Below, in pieces: positions 10,019-21,013 of a DNA stretch of 35,675 nucleotides. The stretch covers positions 1-35,675 of the forward strand of contig USNN01000001.1 in the NCBI GenBank assembly GCA_900556185.1, written 5' to 3'. Every line of letters starts with the position of its first letter. Within the stretch, counting starts at the first letter, position 1. This DNA is from an uncultured Eubacteriales bacterium (GTDB lineage: Bacteria > Bacillota > Clostridia > Christensenellales > UBA1242). The notes beneath the pieces were generated by a model. It had not been told where the DNA came from and searched no databases. It was given only the letters and a program-made list of their open reading frames with translations. The translations under genes and the position numbers were made by a program.

Positions 10019-10329
10019 AATGATGCTTGTAATTCGGCTACGGTGCTTTTTGCTTGGCGTGGTCGCACTTGCAACTTCTTCTAGTTTTTCTTTAACAATT
10101 TCATCTAATTTTTCTTTATTATATTTTTACCTAATTCTTCTTGTATCTTTTGTTCTTCTATTTGAGTTTCTTTTTCATAATTATCGACTAGAGCTAGTGC
10201 CAAATGTCTAAAATAATCAATAACACTACCATTATTAAAATCTATTTTTACAAGCATATCTTTTATTTTTGCTTGTTCATTTGTTGGTGCTACTTTTATA
10301 TTTTCTATAATGTTTCCAATTTCAAAAAT

Positions 10330-11009
10330 ATGCGAATTAAACTTAAAGACTTGAAACCATATCATATTGAAGTTTTTTATAGAACACTCTATGAAAAATG
10401 AAAGCAAAGACCAGCAATAGAACATTACCACTTTTGCCACAAGCGGAAGAACTACTGCTTAAACAAAAAGCTCTTATTGAAGTCAACAAACAAATGCTTG
10501 GAAAAAGTTATAACAAAAAATATTCGGATTATGTTTGTGTGGATAAGCTTGATAGACTAATTTTGCAAAATAGATTAACTCATAATTTTATAAAAATTAT
10601 TAAACGAAATCAATTAAGACATATTCGTTTTCACAACCTAAGGCACTCTTGTGCAAGTATAATGCTTAAAAATGGTGTTCCTATGAAACAAATACAAGAA
10701 TGGCTTGGTCATGCTAATTTCGGCACAACTGCGAATATTTATAGCCACCTTAACTACACAGCAAAACAAAATTCAGCGAATACAATTTCAAGTGTTTTTA
10801 ATTTTGTGGATAGTAAAGATAAAGTTGCAGAACAACCAAAGCAAGAGGAAAACGACAAGACTGAGAAACTAGAAGAAAAACTTGCAAGACTTGAAGAACA
10901 ATTAAGACAGCAACAAGAAGATGAAGAATATCATGAACTGAAGACACATTATTATAATCTACCAAGTATTGTGGCATTAACCGCAAACTCACGATTATTA
11001 AAATCTTAA
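10330..11009 (+). pseudogene. tyrosine recombinase (phage-type integrase) relic, 5'-truncated and internally deleted
   Basis: A core-binding fragment (LKDLKPYHIEVFYRTLYEK*) ends at 10401 and is out of frame with the catalytic C-terminal half. That half reads KTSNRTLPLL..., HNLRHSCASIML, EWLGHANFGTTANIYSHL. The segment that normally carries the first catalytic Arg is missing. Confidence 0.8.
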
Positions 11010-11020
11010 GTCAATACCCC

Positions 11021-12090
<1,070 letters not shown>

Positions 12091-12194
12091 TTAATAAATA
12101 ATTTATACCATAATTATAAACTTAACCACCGCCAACACGCAACTTTTTTTTAGGTTCTTTTTAATTATTGCCGTCAATAATTTTGTTTATTCAT

Positions 12195-12223
12195 TTGCTA
12201 AAACAAAACACTATGGGTATAAT
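12195..12223 (+). promoter_or_regulatory. sigma-70-type promoter for fba
   Basis: TTGCTA (12195-12200), a 17-nt spacer, then TATAAT (12218-12223). An AAGGAGA ribosome-binding site precedes the ATG. Confidence 0.65.
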
Positions 12224-12243
12224 TAATACATAAGGAGAATCCT

Positions 12244-13155
12244 ATGTATACAAACACAATAAAAATGTTAAGAGACGCCCGAAAAAATGGCTATGCAATT
12301 GGGGCATATAATATATATAACCTAGAAACAATAAAAGCGGTAGTCGAAGCCGTAAAACAAACCAACACCCCAGTAATATTGCAAGCAAGCGAGTCTGCCA
12401 TTAAATACGCTGGGGCTCAAAACCTTGTAGATATGGTTAAAAATGAAACTAAAGACCTGCCTACCCCAGTGGCATTGCATTTAGACCACGGCAAAGATTT
12501 AAACCTAATTGCCGAATGTATTAAAGCAGGCTTTTCGTCTGTAATGATAGACGCATCTAGCCTAGAATACGAAGAAAATATAAATAAGACCATTAAAGTC
12601 GTTAATATGGCTCACCGCCACAAAATTTCGGTTGAAGCAGAACTTGGAAGATTAAAAGGCACCGAAGATAATGTATCGTCAGACGCACACTACCTAACCG
12701 ACCCAAACCAAGTATTGGACTTCATAAAAAGAACAAAAGTAGATAGCCTAGCAGTTGCAATCGGCACCGCCCACGGCATAAATAAAGGCACTACAACTCC
12801 AAAAATCCATTACGAAATTTTAGCGGAAATTGAAAAACTAATTCCAGCCGACTACCCTTTAGTTTGCCACGGCGCTAGTAGCGTAGACGACACACTAAAA
12901 ACCAACTACCTAAAATCTGGCGGAAAACTAACAAATGCACAAGGTATTAGCCACGAAGACCTTCACAAAATGGCTACCACCACCCCAATATCCAAAATTA
13001 ATGTGGATACAGACCTAAGACTAACCTTCACCGCCACCTTGCGAACAAGTTTTAACGAAAACCCAGAAATTTTTGACCCACGCACTCACCTTAAAAAAGT
13101 TATGCAAGCCCTAACCGACCGAGTAGTCTTTTCCAGCACCAAACTATTCAAATAA
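12244..13155 (+). CDS. fba: class II fructose-1,6-bisphosphate aldolase (FbaA/tagatose-bisphosphate aldolase family)
   Basis: Family motifs are present: GAYNIYNLE, LHLDHG, the Zn ligands, GTAHG and CHGASS. Confidence 0.9.
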   Translation: MYTNTIKMLRDARKNGYAIGAYNIYNLETIKAVVEAVKQTNTPVILQASESAIKYAGAQNLVDMVKNETKDLPTPVALHLDHGKDLNLIAECIKAGFSSVMIDASSLEYEENINKTIKVVNMAHRHKISVEAELGRLKGTEDNVSSDAHYLTDPNQVLDFIKRTKVDSLAVAIGTAHGINKGTTTPKIHYEILAEIEKLIPADYPLVCHGASSVDDTLKTNYLKSGGKLTNAQGISHEDLHKMATTTPISKINVDTDLRLTFTATLRTSFNENPEIFDPRTHLKKVMQALTDRVVFSSTKLFK

Positions 13156-13286
13156 TCTCTCGCCCTTGACTATTCTCCTAAATTCACCCCAAACTAAAAA
13201 CTATCATATATTCAAAAACTCAAAATCATAAAATTTTTCAAGCGAAAGCCAGTTGAAAGTCATTGTAATAATTTATTACAAACAAT

Positions 13287-13327
13287 AAAAAACTCTTTAC
13301 CCCATCTTCAGGTAAAGAGTTTTAATT
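13287..13327. terminator. bidirectional rho-independent terminator
   Basis: ACTCTTTACC (13292-13301) pairs with GGTAAAGAGT (13311-13320), with an A-run before and a T-run after. Confidence 0.8.
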
Positions 13328-13903
13328 TTAATTGTCTAAATATTCACTTACAGATTTAACAAATTGTTTTTTAGCCTTGGTTACTTTCACACTAAATACA
13401 ATTGTGGTAACAAGTTTTCTAACGCCATCAATAATTAGCGACACACCAGCAAACACCATAACACTCTCAAAATTAGAGAACATAACCATCACGCCAAGAA
13501 TCGCAGTAATTATAGACAAAATCATTAAAATAATGCCGTCATAGACCTTAGCTTTTAATAGATACGCACTATCACAAATAGAACTAATAGAGTCAATAAC
13601 AATAATTAACCCAAACACAATAGTTAGTATCGCTTGAATAGATTTTGGGTAAATAAGCGTGAATATTCCAAGCACAAGCATAACAATGCTAATAACTAAA
13701 ATGTGGTCAGACAAAAATCTATCATACATAAAATATCTAACACAAGACACAAGCCCAGCAACAATTAGCATAATGCCAAATACAGTAATGGTAACATCAC
13801 CAGCCTTGCTTGGTAACACTACATATAAAACACCAACCGCAAGCATAAGTATAGATAAAATAATGCTATCCCACTTAATCTTTTTAAACAAATTTGTTTC
13901 CAT
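13328..13903 (-). CDS. DUF308/HdeD-like small polytopic membrane protein
   Basis: Repeated TM-hairpin pattern. I placed the start at the METNLF ATG (13903) because GGAGG lies 5 nt upstream. The track ORF begins further upstream, at 13969. Confidence 0.65.
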   Translation of the reverse strand: METNLFKKIKWDSIILSILMLAVGVLYVVLPSKAGDVTITVFGIMLIVAGLVSCVRYFMYDRFLSDHILVISIVMLVLGIFTLIYPKSIQAILTIVFGLIIVIDSISSICDSAYLLKAKVYDGIILMILSIITAILGVMVMFSNFESVMVFAGVSLIIDGVRKLVTTIVFSVKVTKAKKQFVKSVSEYLDN

Positions 13904-14094
13904 ATATACCTCCATTATTATACTTATTATTTTACCACCAGTTTGTTTTATTCGCAAAACAATCAACAAACAAAATGCACCAAACCTTAAACAATTATAC
14001 AGAAATATTAAACTTGTCTATTATTTGCCAATTTTAAATTTGGCGAAATCGACATCAACACGCCAACCAAACTGACTTACTTTTAACGCCTCTC

Positions 14095-14123
14095 TTGACA
14101 CAACCATCGCTTCATAGTATAAT
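14095..14123 (+). promoter_or_regulatory. consensus sigma-70 promoter
   Basis: TTGACA (14095-14100), a 17-nt spacer, then TATAAT (14118-14123). Confidence 0.75.
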
Positions 14124-14156
14124 AAACTAACTAAAGGGTAAAGGGGTAAATTTTTT

Positions 14157-14627
14157 ATGAAAAAAGCAAAACTACTATCAGAACATAACTCAAAAGGAGA
14201 ACTTATTGTTGAGCATACTGTTGCAAATCTGGTCACATTCACCGACATATTGCTAGAATACACACAAGACGAAGAACAAGAAGACAACTTGCTAGCCTTT
14301 CGTTCCACGCTATTAAACATATTCAGAGAACACAATAAAAACAAACGAGCCTACCATGTGGCAGAAATGACAGAGATGTTTCCAGAACTATCTCGCTACG
14401 AAATGGAGTTTAAAACCATTTTATACACCCACCGTGATGACAAAATGAGTTTGCGACAAAAACTTAACTACAATAAACTTGTGTCAGATAACAATAAATC
14501 ACTAAAAACCTACGAAGCGATGGACGACTCAGTTAATAACCTATACGACCATTTTAAATTTATAATCATCAAAAATGGTTACGAAAACACCACCGACAAC
14601 TTCCCACCAGAGTTCGATGACAACTAA
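14157..14627 (+). CDS. hypothetical protein
   Basis: 156-aa ORF with a consensus promoter, a ribosome-binding site (AAAGGGGTAAA) and a terminator. No recognisable domain. Confidence 0.6.
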   Translation: MKKAKLLSEHNSKGELIVEHTVANLVTFTDILLEYTQDEEQEDNLLAFRSTLLNIFREHNKNKRAYHVAEMTEMFPELSRYEMEFKTILYTHRDDKMSLRQKLNYNKLVSDNNKSLKTYEAMDDSVNNLYDHFKFIIIKNGYENTTDNFPPEFDDN

Positions 14628-14670
14628 ACTCTCAAGCCTAAAATAACAAAATAAAATTTTTTTCAAAACA

Positions 14671-14715
14671 AAAAACATATTGAACCAAAACAATTTCGTT
14701 CAATATGTTTTTATT
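14671..14715. terminator. bidirectional rho-independent terminator
   Basis: AACATATTGAAC (14674-14685) pairs with GTTCAATATGTT (14698-14709), flanked by A- and T-runs. Confidence 0.85.
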
Positions 14716-14721
14716 TTTTAA

Positions 14722-16524
14722 TTAATTGTCTTTATCGTCGGTCGTTGCGTCATCGCTCGCTATTTTAATATCTTTATTCTCAGAAACAACGTCTTCACTT
14801 GGCAAAGTTTCAGTTGAGTTATTTTCATCCATTCCTTCGCCTAAAGAATCAATCTCGCCCGCTACCACTTCGTTTTGCAATTCTTCGCCAACAATTTCGG
14901 TAGACTCGCCCGCTAAAACTTCAGCTTCAATAATCGCATTATCTACTGCTTGCTCAATACCCCCACTCATAGCCACCTTATGCTTTCGGTTTTTAAAACT
15001 GCTTATAAGTTCCTTTCCCCATGCAACGCATTGCTTAAACTCTGGCGTCCAGAAATAACACAACAACAGCAACAAATTAGGAACAATAGCACAAACAACA
15101 AACTTAATAAGTAGCCAGCCAATTCCACCACTAGGAATAAGCCCACAAACAAAGTAAGTTAGCGCCCCGCATATAACAGTCGCTAAAAAATACCTTACAA
15201 ATCTAAACCAATAAGTTTTAACTGACATTTTGAAATAATGTTTATATAACATAAGTGGAGAGTAAATAAATGGCACTAACAAACAACTAATCAAAGTACC
15301 CAAAATTACACCAATTGGACCACATAGTTTAACCAATATATAAGACACCACTATATTTAATAATGCTTCTATAATTGGAGCAAATCTATCTTGCCTAAAA
15401 ATACCCGCAGCCGTTTTAAAAGAAACGACCAACTGTCTAGACATATTGGTATAAAAGGTTAAAGCATATACAAGCACAAACCACATATCCCATGTATTTT
15501 GAGCCCCCCAAATGGTTGATATAAATGGATTATACAAACACAATAATGAAATTGCACAAAAACTTATAAGCCAACCATAAATAAAATTTAATTTATTAAA
15601 TATTGTATGAACATAACCTCTGTCATTCGTTGCAATTAGATTGCCGACACTGGCTTGCCCAGCTTCAATTAACATACAAACGACACTTACCAATGAAGTA
15701 TAAATAAGTAAATAATTTGAGAAAATACCCGAAATAACCAAACTACCTATAGCTATTTGCATTATCAGTGTATCTGTTGCATTAAGGGTAACTCCGCCAA
15801 TTTTATGCAAAAACATTGCTTTAGTATTTTTTATAATATCAGTTTTAGTTTGTTTATCTAATTGTACTGCATTCCCTTTTATTTCTGGGAACATTCTTTT
15901 TGTTATAACATATACAGAAACACTTTCAACAACGGCGATAATCAAATTTAGAGATAAATATATGTAATAATTTTTTATTGTCAATAAAACAATAATCTGC
16001 AAGATAGCCAACAATACATTAGTTATTAATGTCAATGTTACTTCAATGTATTGATTTTGACTTGTGTATAACAAAGCCCTTCTATGAGCCATTAAATAAC
16101 TTAAAACAGTACTGCTTAGCGGAATCAAATAAAGAATAACAATATTCAAATTCCCAATTGTGCTAACATCTATTATTTTTGATAAAAACGGGATTAATAG
16201 CAACCCAATACATAAAACAATAACTGCAATAGTAAAATAAAAGCGTTTATATAAATTTAATAACGACTTCAATTTTTCCGTATCGCCTTCTGCCATAGGC
16301 TTATACATACTAAAGACTATTGCACTACCAATTCCAAGTTCAGCCAGCGACAAAATCGTTAAAACATTGGAAAATATACTATTTAACCCTAAGTATTCAA
16401 CACCAAAAACTCTAATAAAAATAGTTCTAACAAAAAACAATAATAACACTTTAACTATGTAAAATATCATTGTCGCTATCATATTTTTTGTTGCTTTATT
16501 GGTTCTTGACCCACTTACATTCAT
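14722..16524 (-). CDS. wzx: Wzx-type oligosaccharide/polysaccharide flippase (MOP superfamily) with an acidic C-terminal tail
   Basis: About 12-14 TM helices in the usual PST-family pattern, located in a glycan operon. The last ~90 aa are soluble and Asp/Glu-rich. Confidence 0.8.
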   Translation of the reverse strand: MNVSGSRTNKATKNMIATMIFYIVKVLLLFFVRTIFIRVFGVEYLGLNSIFSNVLTILSLAELGIGSAIVFSMYKPMAEGDTEKLKSLLNLYKRFYFTIAVIVLCIGLLLIPFLSKIIDVSTIGNLNIVILYLIPLSSTVLSYLMAHRRALLYTSQNQYIEVTLTLITNVLLAILQIIVLLTIKNYYIYLSLNLIIAVVESVSVYVITKRMFPEIKGNAVQLDKQTKTDIIKNTKAMFLHKIGGVTLNATDTLIMQIAIGSLVISGIFSNYLLIYTSLVSVVCMLIEAGQASVGNLIATNDRGYVHTIFNKLNFIYGWLISFCAISLLCLYNPFISTIWGAQNTWDMWFVLVYALTFYTNMSRQLVVSFKTAAGIFRQDRFAPIIEALLNIVVSYILVKLCGPIGVILGTLISCLLVPFIYSPLMLYKHYFKMSVKTYWFRFVRYFLATVICGALTYFVCGLIPSGGIGWLLIKFVVCAIVPNLLLLLCYFWTPEFKQCVAWGKELISSFKNRKHKVAMSGGIEQAVDNAIIEAEVLAGESTEIVGEELQNEVVAGEIDSLGEGMDENNSTETLPSEDVVSENKDIKIASDDATTDDKDN

Positions 16525-16566
16525 CAGTTTTTATCACTCCCTAAATTCAGCAAATTAACTGTATAC

Positions 16567-17829
16567 CTAATTATCCATATTTTTCAATATATTAGCATAC
16601 ATATTTTTGCAAATATTCTCTACTCTATATTCAACTAAATTCTCAGTAGCATCTTCAAAATTAAGACAGACATTTTTATTTTTTTCACAAAATGCTTTTA
16701 AATTTTCTATATCTTCGCTTGTATAATTGTTTAAATTAATATTAAAAGCCAATGGATATTTTTTAAAATATTTTAAACTAATATCGTTTTCACTAAAATA
16801 AAAATTAACTATAGGCTTACCATAACTTATATATTCAAACACCTTACTTGGCATTTGATTTGTTATTGTATTACTTAAATTAATTAATATATTGCTATTA
16901 AATAACTTATTCAAGCACACCGAGTGCTCAACCCTGCCAAAATACTTAAACTTTTGATTATCATAATTCACATATTGATTTATTAAATCATTACACCCTT
17001 CACCATATATATGTAATTCATAACTTGCAGGCAATTCTTTAATTATTTCAAACATAATCTGTGGGTTTCTTATATCTTTGTAAAACAACCCCGCATAAGT
17101 CAAAACAATCTTATCCAACTTTTGGTTTAATGCAATATGGTTATTATCATCTTTTTTAAGATTAGGAATTGTAATTTCAATTATTTTGTTATGATACTCT
17201 GGGTTATAGCCTTGTCTCTTATTTTCAGCCATAACACCTTCTATTACAAATATAGTATCTGCAACAGACAATACATTTTCTGCAACTTTCTTTCTATAAT
17301 CAATTTTAGATTTTTTAAGTACCTTATTATACACAAATGGGTCTAAAAATATAGGGAACCATTTTTTTGCTACACCACGCTTAATTAAATTAACCGCCAA
17401 AACCTGCAAAGCAAATGGCGAACTAACACTCATAATAATGTCATAACTGCCACCAACATTTTTTATTTGCTTTGCAATTTTATTATAGTTAACAAGGTCA
17501 AATGAATTGTATTGAGTGTTTATTCGTGTTGGGTGTGTAAGTCTATACAATGTTCCAGCTCCAAACTTAAACAATTTAGGAAAATCTTCCCAGTTCTTAG
17601 CTTTAAACAATTTCCCAAAGCACCTTAACATTTTGTTGTGGTATGTTTTAAACTTAATTACTTTGCTACCATTATAACTATATAAGTCATTACCATCATT
17701 ACATACAAGTTCTGTAAGGACATCCACCTGATTACCTTGTTCCTGCAGGTATTTAATTATTTTTTCAGAGCAAACTGTATTTGCACTACTTTCTGGATAA
17801 TACTTGTCCACTATAAACAATATTTTCAT
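16567..17829 (-). CDS. glycosyltransferase, GT-B fold (GT4-like)
   Basis: The N-terminus MKILFIVDKYYPESSAN is typical of GT4. The C-terminal half reads HIYGEG...GRV...SKVFEYISYGKPIV. Confidence 0.65.
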   Translation of the reverse strand: MKILFIVDKYYPESSANTVCSEKIIKYLQEQGNQVDVLTELVCNDGNDLYSYNGSKVIKFKTYHNKMLRCFGKLFKAKNWEDFPKLFKFGAGTLYRLTHPTRINTQYNSFDLVNYNKIAKQIKNVGGSYDIIMSVSSPFALQVLAVNLIKRGVAKKWFPIFLDPFVYNKVLKKSKIDYRKKVAENVLSVADTIFVIEGVMAENKRQGYNPEYHNKIIEITIPNLKKDDNNHIALNQKLDKIVLTYAGLFYKDIRNPQIMFEIIKELPASYELHIYGEGCNDLINQYVNYDNQKFKYFGRVEHSVCLNKLFNSNILINLSNTITNQMPSKVFEYISYGKPIVNFYFSENDISLKYFKKYPLAFNINLNNYTSEDIENLKAFCEKNKNVCLNFEDATENLVEYRVENICKNMYANILKNMDN

Positions 17830-17834
17830 AAAAT

Positions 17835-19019
17835 TTATATTATTTCCTCATATTTTCTTTTGATATCAGAATTGTTATAAACATAATTACTAGTTAATAC
17901 TTTCTTTTCAGTAATCATATCGGTATTTTGCAATATCTTCTTTAACCCATCGTAAATTGCATCTTCGTTATTATCTACCACCCAACCATAATCGCCAACA
18001 AGTTCATCCGCACTTATAGTCCTTGTGGTAAATATTGGAGTGCCAAGCATTAGTGCTTCCCCATAAACCATTGGAGCAGCTTCATGATACGAATTAAGCA
18101 TCAACATATCCGCTTCCTTAAAATATGGAAACGGGTTACTTTGAGTGCCATATAACTTAATGTAATTTTCCAACCTATTTTCTTTAATAAAGTTTTCTAT
18201 TTCTGCTCGCTGTTCACCATCACCAAGTATGTGCCAGCAAAAATTATTAATACCTTCACTAACTAGTCTTTTTATTACATTTAATGTTCGCATATAGCCT
18301 TTTAATTCAGTAAGCCTAGAAGCAGACACCAAATTAATTAGCGACTTATCCATATTTACTTGTGGCTGTTCTTCAGCCATTTTAATTATGTTTTTGTCGT
18401 CCTGAAAGTTTAAAATGCCAATAAGTTTATCTTTATACTGTGGGAACAACTCACACATTTGGTTATTTAAACTTTCACTTACAGAAATAATTTTATCATA
18501 TTTAGAGTATTCTTTTATAAAAAACTTTTTATCGTAATTATTAGCAACAAAATCACCGTGAATAACCAAAAACTTCTTATTAGCCTTAACCCCATACATG
18601 CTAGACATATGGCATAATCCACCTGCCCCTTTGCTACCGCTATCCATATCGTTATTTATAACGCAATCATAATGTGGGTAATGTTTGAATTCTTTCTTAA
18701 CAAGACGCTTTGTTAAGCCATTACACAATCCAAAACGACCCAAGGCACCTATAAACAACCTAAAAAGTCTTTTGAATATATTTTTTTCTTGATTAGAAAA
18801 CTCTGCTACTGTTAAATAGTAATATTTAGCAAGTTTATTAGACACATACTTTATATTTACATTTTGAGGCAATCTGTTTTCTAGCACGCCCCCTTTTTCC
18901 ATCAAAAGAAGGTCTATATCATAATCTTCACTTAAGTTACTAATTAGGTTTGCAGCAGCAATTCCAACGCCACCCAAACAAAACTTATAATCAACAACTA
19001 AAAGTTTTTTCTTAGTCAT
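17835..19019 (-). CDS. glycosyltransferase family 4 (GT-B)
   Basis: C-terminal E-x7-E-type motif (YHEAAPMVYGEALMLGTPIF). The start overlaps the upstream stop in ATGACTAA. Confidence 0.75.
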   Translation of the reverse strand: MTKKKLLVVDYKFCLGGVGIAAANLISNLSEDYDIDLLLMEKGGVLENRLPQNVNIKYVSNKLAKYYYLTVAEFSNQEKNIFKRLFRLFIGALGRFGLCNGLTKRLVKKEFKHYPHYDCVINNDMDSGSKGAGGLCHMSSMYGVKANKKFLVIHGDFVANNYDKKFFIKEYSKYDKIISVSESLNNQMCELFPQYKDKLIGILNFQDDKNIIKMAEEQPQVNMDKSLINLVSASRLTELKGYMRTLNVIKRLVSEGINNFCWHILGDGEQRAEIENFIKENRLENYIKLYGTQSNPFPYFKEADMLMLNSYHEAAPMVYGEALMLGTPIFTTRTISADELVGDYGWVVDNNEDAIYDGLKKILQNTDMITEKKVLTSNYVYNNSDIKRKYEEII

Positions 19020-20142
19020 ATTTTCTCCATGTGTTCATATTGACAATTTTTGTGTAACTTTGAATTAATTTTACGACTTTAACTGATGTGTTATCGTCTA
19101 CATAGTCTAAAGCTGGATACATAATTTCATTGTTATCACTCATTTTTTTAGATAGTTCTACTGCTTGAAGAACATCTTTTTCCTTCACGCCACCTAAAAC
19201 AAATGCACCTTTATCCAATACTTCTGGTCTTTCAGTGCTAGTTCTAAGCGAAACTGCAGGAAATTTTAAAATTGCACTTTCTTCTGCTAGCGTGCCACTA
19301 TCTGAAAGCACACAATAACTATTAAGTTGCAAATTGCAATAATCAAAGAAACCAAAAGGCTTTAAGTTTTTAACTAATGGATGGAACTTAAAGTTTCTCT
19401 TTTCAATAAATTTAGCAGTTCGTGGATGCGTAGAATAAATTACAGGCAACCCATAGGTTTCTGCAATTTTATTTATGCTGTTCATTAATTCAAAAAAGGT
19501 TTCTTCATTATCTATATTTTCTTCTCTGTGTGCAGACACAAGGAAATATTTGTTCTTTTCTAAGCCTAATCGCTTTAATACATCACTATTTTCTATTTGC
19601 TTACCATACAAATTTAAAACTTCTTTCATTGGGCTACCAGTAACAAAAGTTTGCTCTGGCTTAAGCCCTTCGTTTAGTAAATAGCGTCTAGCATGTTCAG
19701 TGTAAGGCATATTTATATCTGAAATATGGTCAACAATTTTTCGGTTAATTTCTTCTGGAAGGTTTTCATCAAAACAACGGTTCCCCGCTTCCATATGAAA
19801 AATTGGCACCTTTAGTCTTTTTGCTGCAATTGCTCCAAGTGCCGAATTTGTATCACCCAAAACCAAAAACGCATCTGGCTTGGTTTCAAGAAGCATATTG
19901 TATGTTTTTTCAATAACATTTCCCATGGTTTGCCCCAAGTTATTACCAACAACTCCAAGGTAATAATCCGGTTTTCTTAAGCCTAGGTCCTTAAAAAATA
20001 TTTCGTTTAGTTCGTAATCATAATTTTGACCAGTATGCACCATAACTAAATCAAAATATTGGTCGCATTTTTTTATAACTTCGCTTAATTTTATTATTTC
20101 AGGTCTTGTGCCCATTAAAACAACAACTTTTAATTTACTCAT
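19012..20142 (-). CDS. UDP-N-acetylglucosamine 2-epimerase family protein (non-hydrolysing; FnlC/QnlC/WbvD-like)
   Basis: The N-terminus VVVLMGTRPEIIKL, then LVLGDTNS, HMEAGNR and SDSGTLAEE match the epimerase_2 family. It sits directly after the dehydratase and reductase genes. Confidence 0.88.
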   Translation of the reverse strand: MSKLKVVVLMGTRPEIIKLSEVIKKCDQYFDLVMVHTGQNYDYELNEIFFKDLGLRKPDYYLGVVGNNLGQTMGNVIEKTYNMLLETKPDAFLVLGDTNSALGAIAAKRLKVPIFHMEAGNRCFDENLPEEINRKIVDHISDINMPYTEHARRYLLNEGLKPEQTFVTGSPMKEVLNLYGKQIENSDVLKRLGLEKNKYFLVSAHREENIDNEETFFELMNSINKIAETYGLPVIYSTHPRTAKFIEKRNFKFHPLVKNLKPFGFFDYCNLQLNSYCVLSDSGTLAEESAILKFPAVSLRTSTERPEVLDKGAFVLGGVKEKDVLQAVELSKKMSDNNEIMYPALDYVDDNTSVKVVKLIQSYTKIVNMNTWRKYD

Positions 20143-21013
20143 CTTGTTTTTCCCCTTGTGAATAATGTGGATACATATTTTTATGATTATTTATCCACTT
20201 TGCCATTTCTTTTACCATATCTTCATAACTAGGAACAGTGTAATCAAAATCAAAATTAGTTCTAATTAAAGATTTATCGCAACTAAATTTATCGTCTGGA
20301 TTTATACAAATATCACTTTTGTTCATATACTTTTTAAATAAGTTTAAAAGTTCATACTTGGAAATAGTTGAATTATTTACACAGTTAAATAGCCCTACTG
20401 CATTTGCATTAATTGCCTTTTCCATAGCATTCGCTAGTTCGGTTGTAGTTACGCCAGTCCAAATTGCTTTTGTAAATCCATTTATATTTCCATGTTGCTT
20501 CATAAACCAGTTAAATAGACCAATACCATTAATGTTCACATCAGGACCCACAATACTGTTTCTAAAAGTTAAATTTTTATCGTCATTCAACTCGCCCATA
20601 GCTTTGGTTCTATCATACCAAGTAGCACCATCAGGCAAATCTTTTTCCGTGTAAGAACCCTTTTGTCCACTAAACACGCAATCAGTGCTCATTTGGAATA
20701 CTCTTGTTTTTGTATTTTTTGTTACGCTTGCTAAATGATGTGGCAATAATGAATTTAATACTAACGCTAATTCCTTATTTTCTTCAGCAGACTTATTTAA
20801 AATACCAATACAGTTAATAACCACATCATAATCGCCAGAAAGAATAACTTGGTCTAATTTTTTAAAATCCGTTGCATCACAAGCAATAATATTGGGGTCG
20901 TTAGAATCTTTTGCTAGTCCAACCACATCATACCCCTTTTCATGTAAGTGTGTATAAATGGTTCTGCCGGCCATACCATTGGCACCAAGAATCAATATCC
21001 GCTTAGTATTCAT
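20135..21013 (-). CDS. RmlD-like SDR 4-reductase (QnlB/WbvR-like)
   Basis: Rossmann motif ILILGANGMAGR. STDCVFSG and YDRTK (the YxxxK motif) are present. I placed the start at the MNTKRIL ATG (21013), which overlaps the upstream gene by 11 nt. The longer track ORF (to 21082) would overlap it by 80 nt. Confidence 0.75.
   Translation of the reverse strand: MNTKRILILGANGMAGRTIYTHLHEKGYDVVGLAKDSNDPNIIACDATDFKKLDQVILSGDYDVVINCIGILNKSAEENKELALVLNSLLPHHLASVTKNTKTRVFQMSTDCVFSGQKGSYTEKDLPDGATWYDRTKAMGELNDDKNLTFRNSIVGPDVNINGIGLFNWFMKQHGNINGFTKAIWTGVTTTELANAMEKAINANAVGLFNCVNNSTISKYELLNLFKKYMNKSDICINPDDKFSCDKSLIRTNFDFDYTVPSYEDMVKEMAKWINNHKNMYPHYSQGEKQDE

Noticed and set aside
10020-10440. Track ORFs 10020-10211(+), 10204-10401(+) and the N-terminal part of 10105-10440(-)
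   Set aside because: Their translations are Phe/Tyr/Cys-rich nonsense, apart from the short integrase fragment (10330-10401) and the minus-strand segment below ~10260 discussed in the findings.
14021-14344. 107-aa minus-strand ORF overlapping the 14157 gene and its promoter
   Set aside because: It lies antisense to a gene that has a consensus promoter, ribosome-binding site and terminator. The ORF has no signals of its own.
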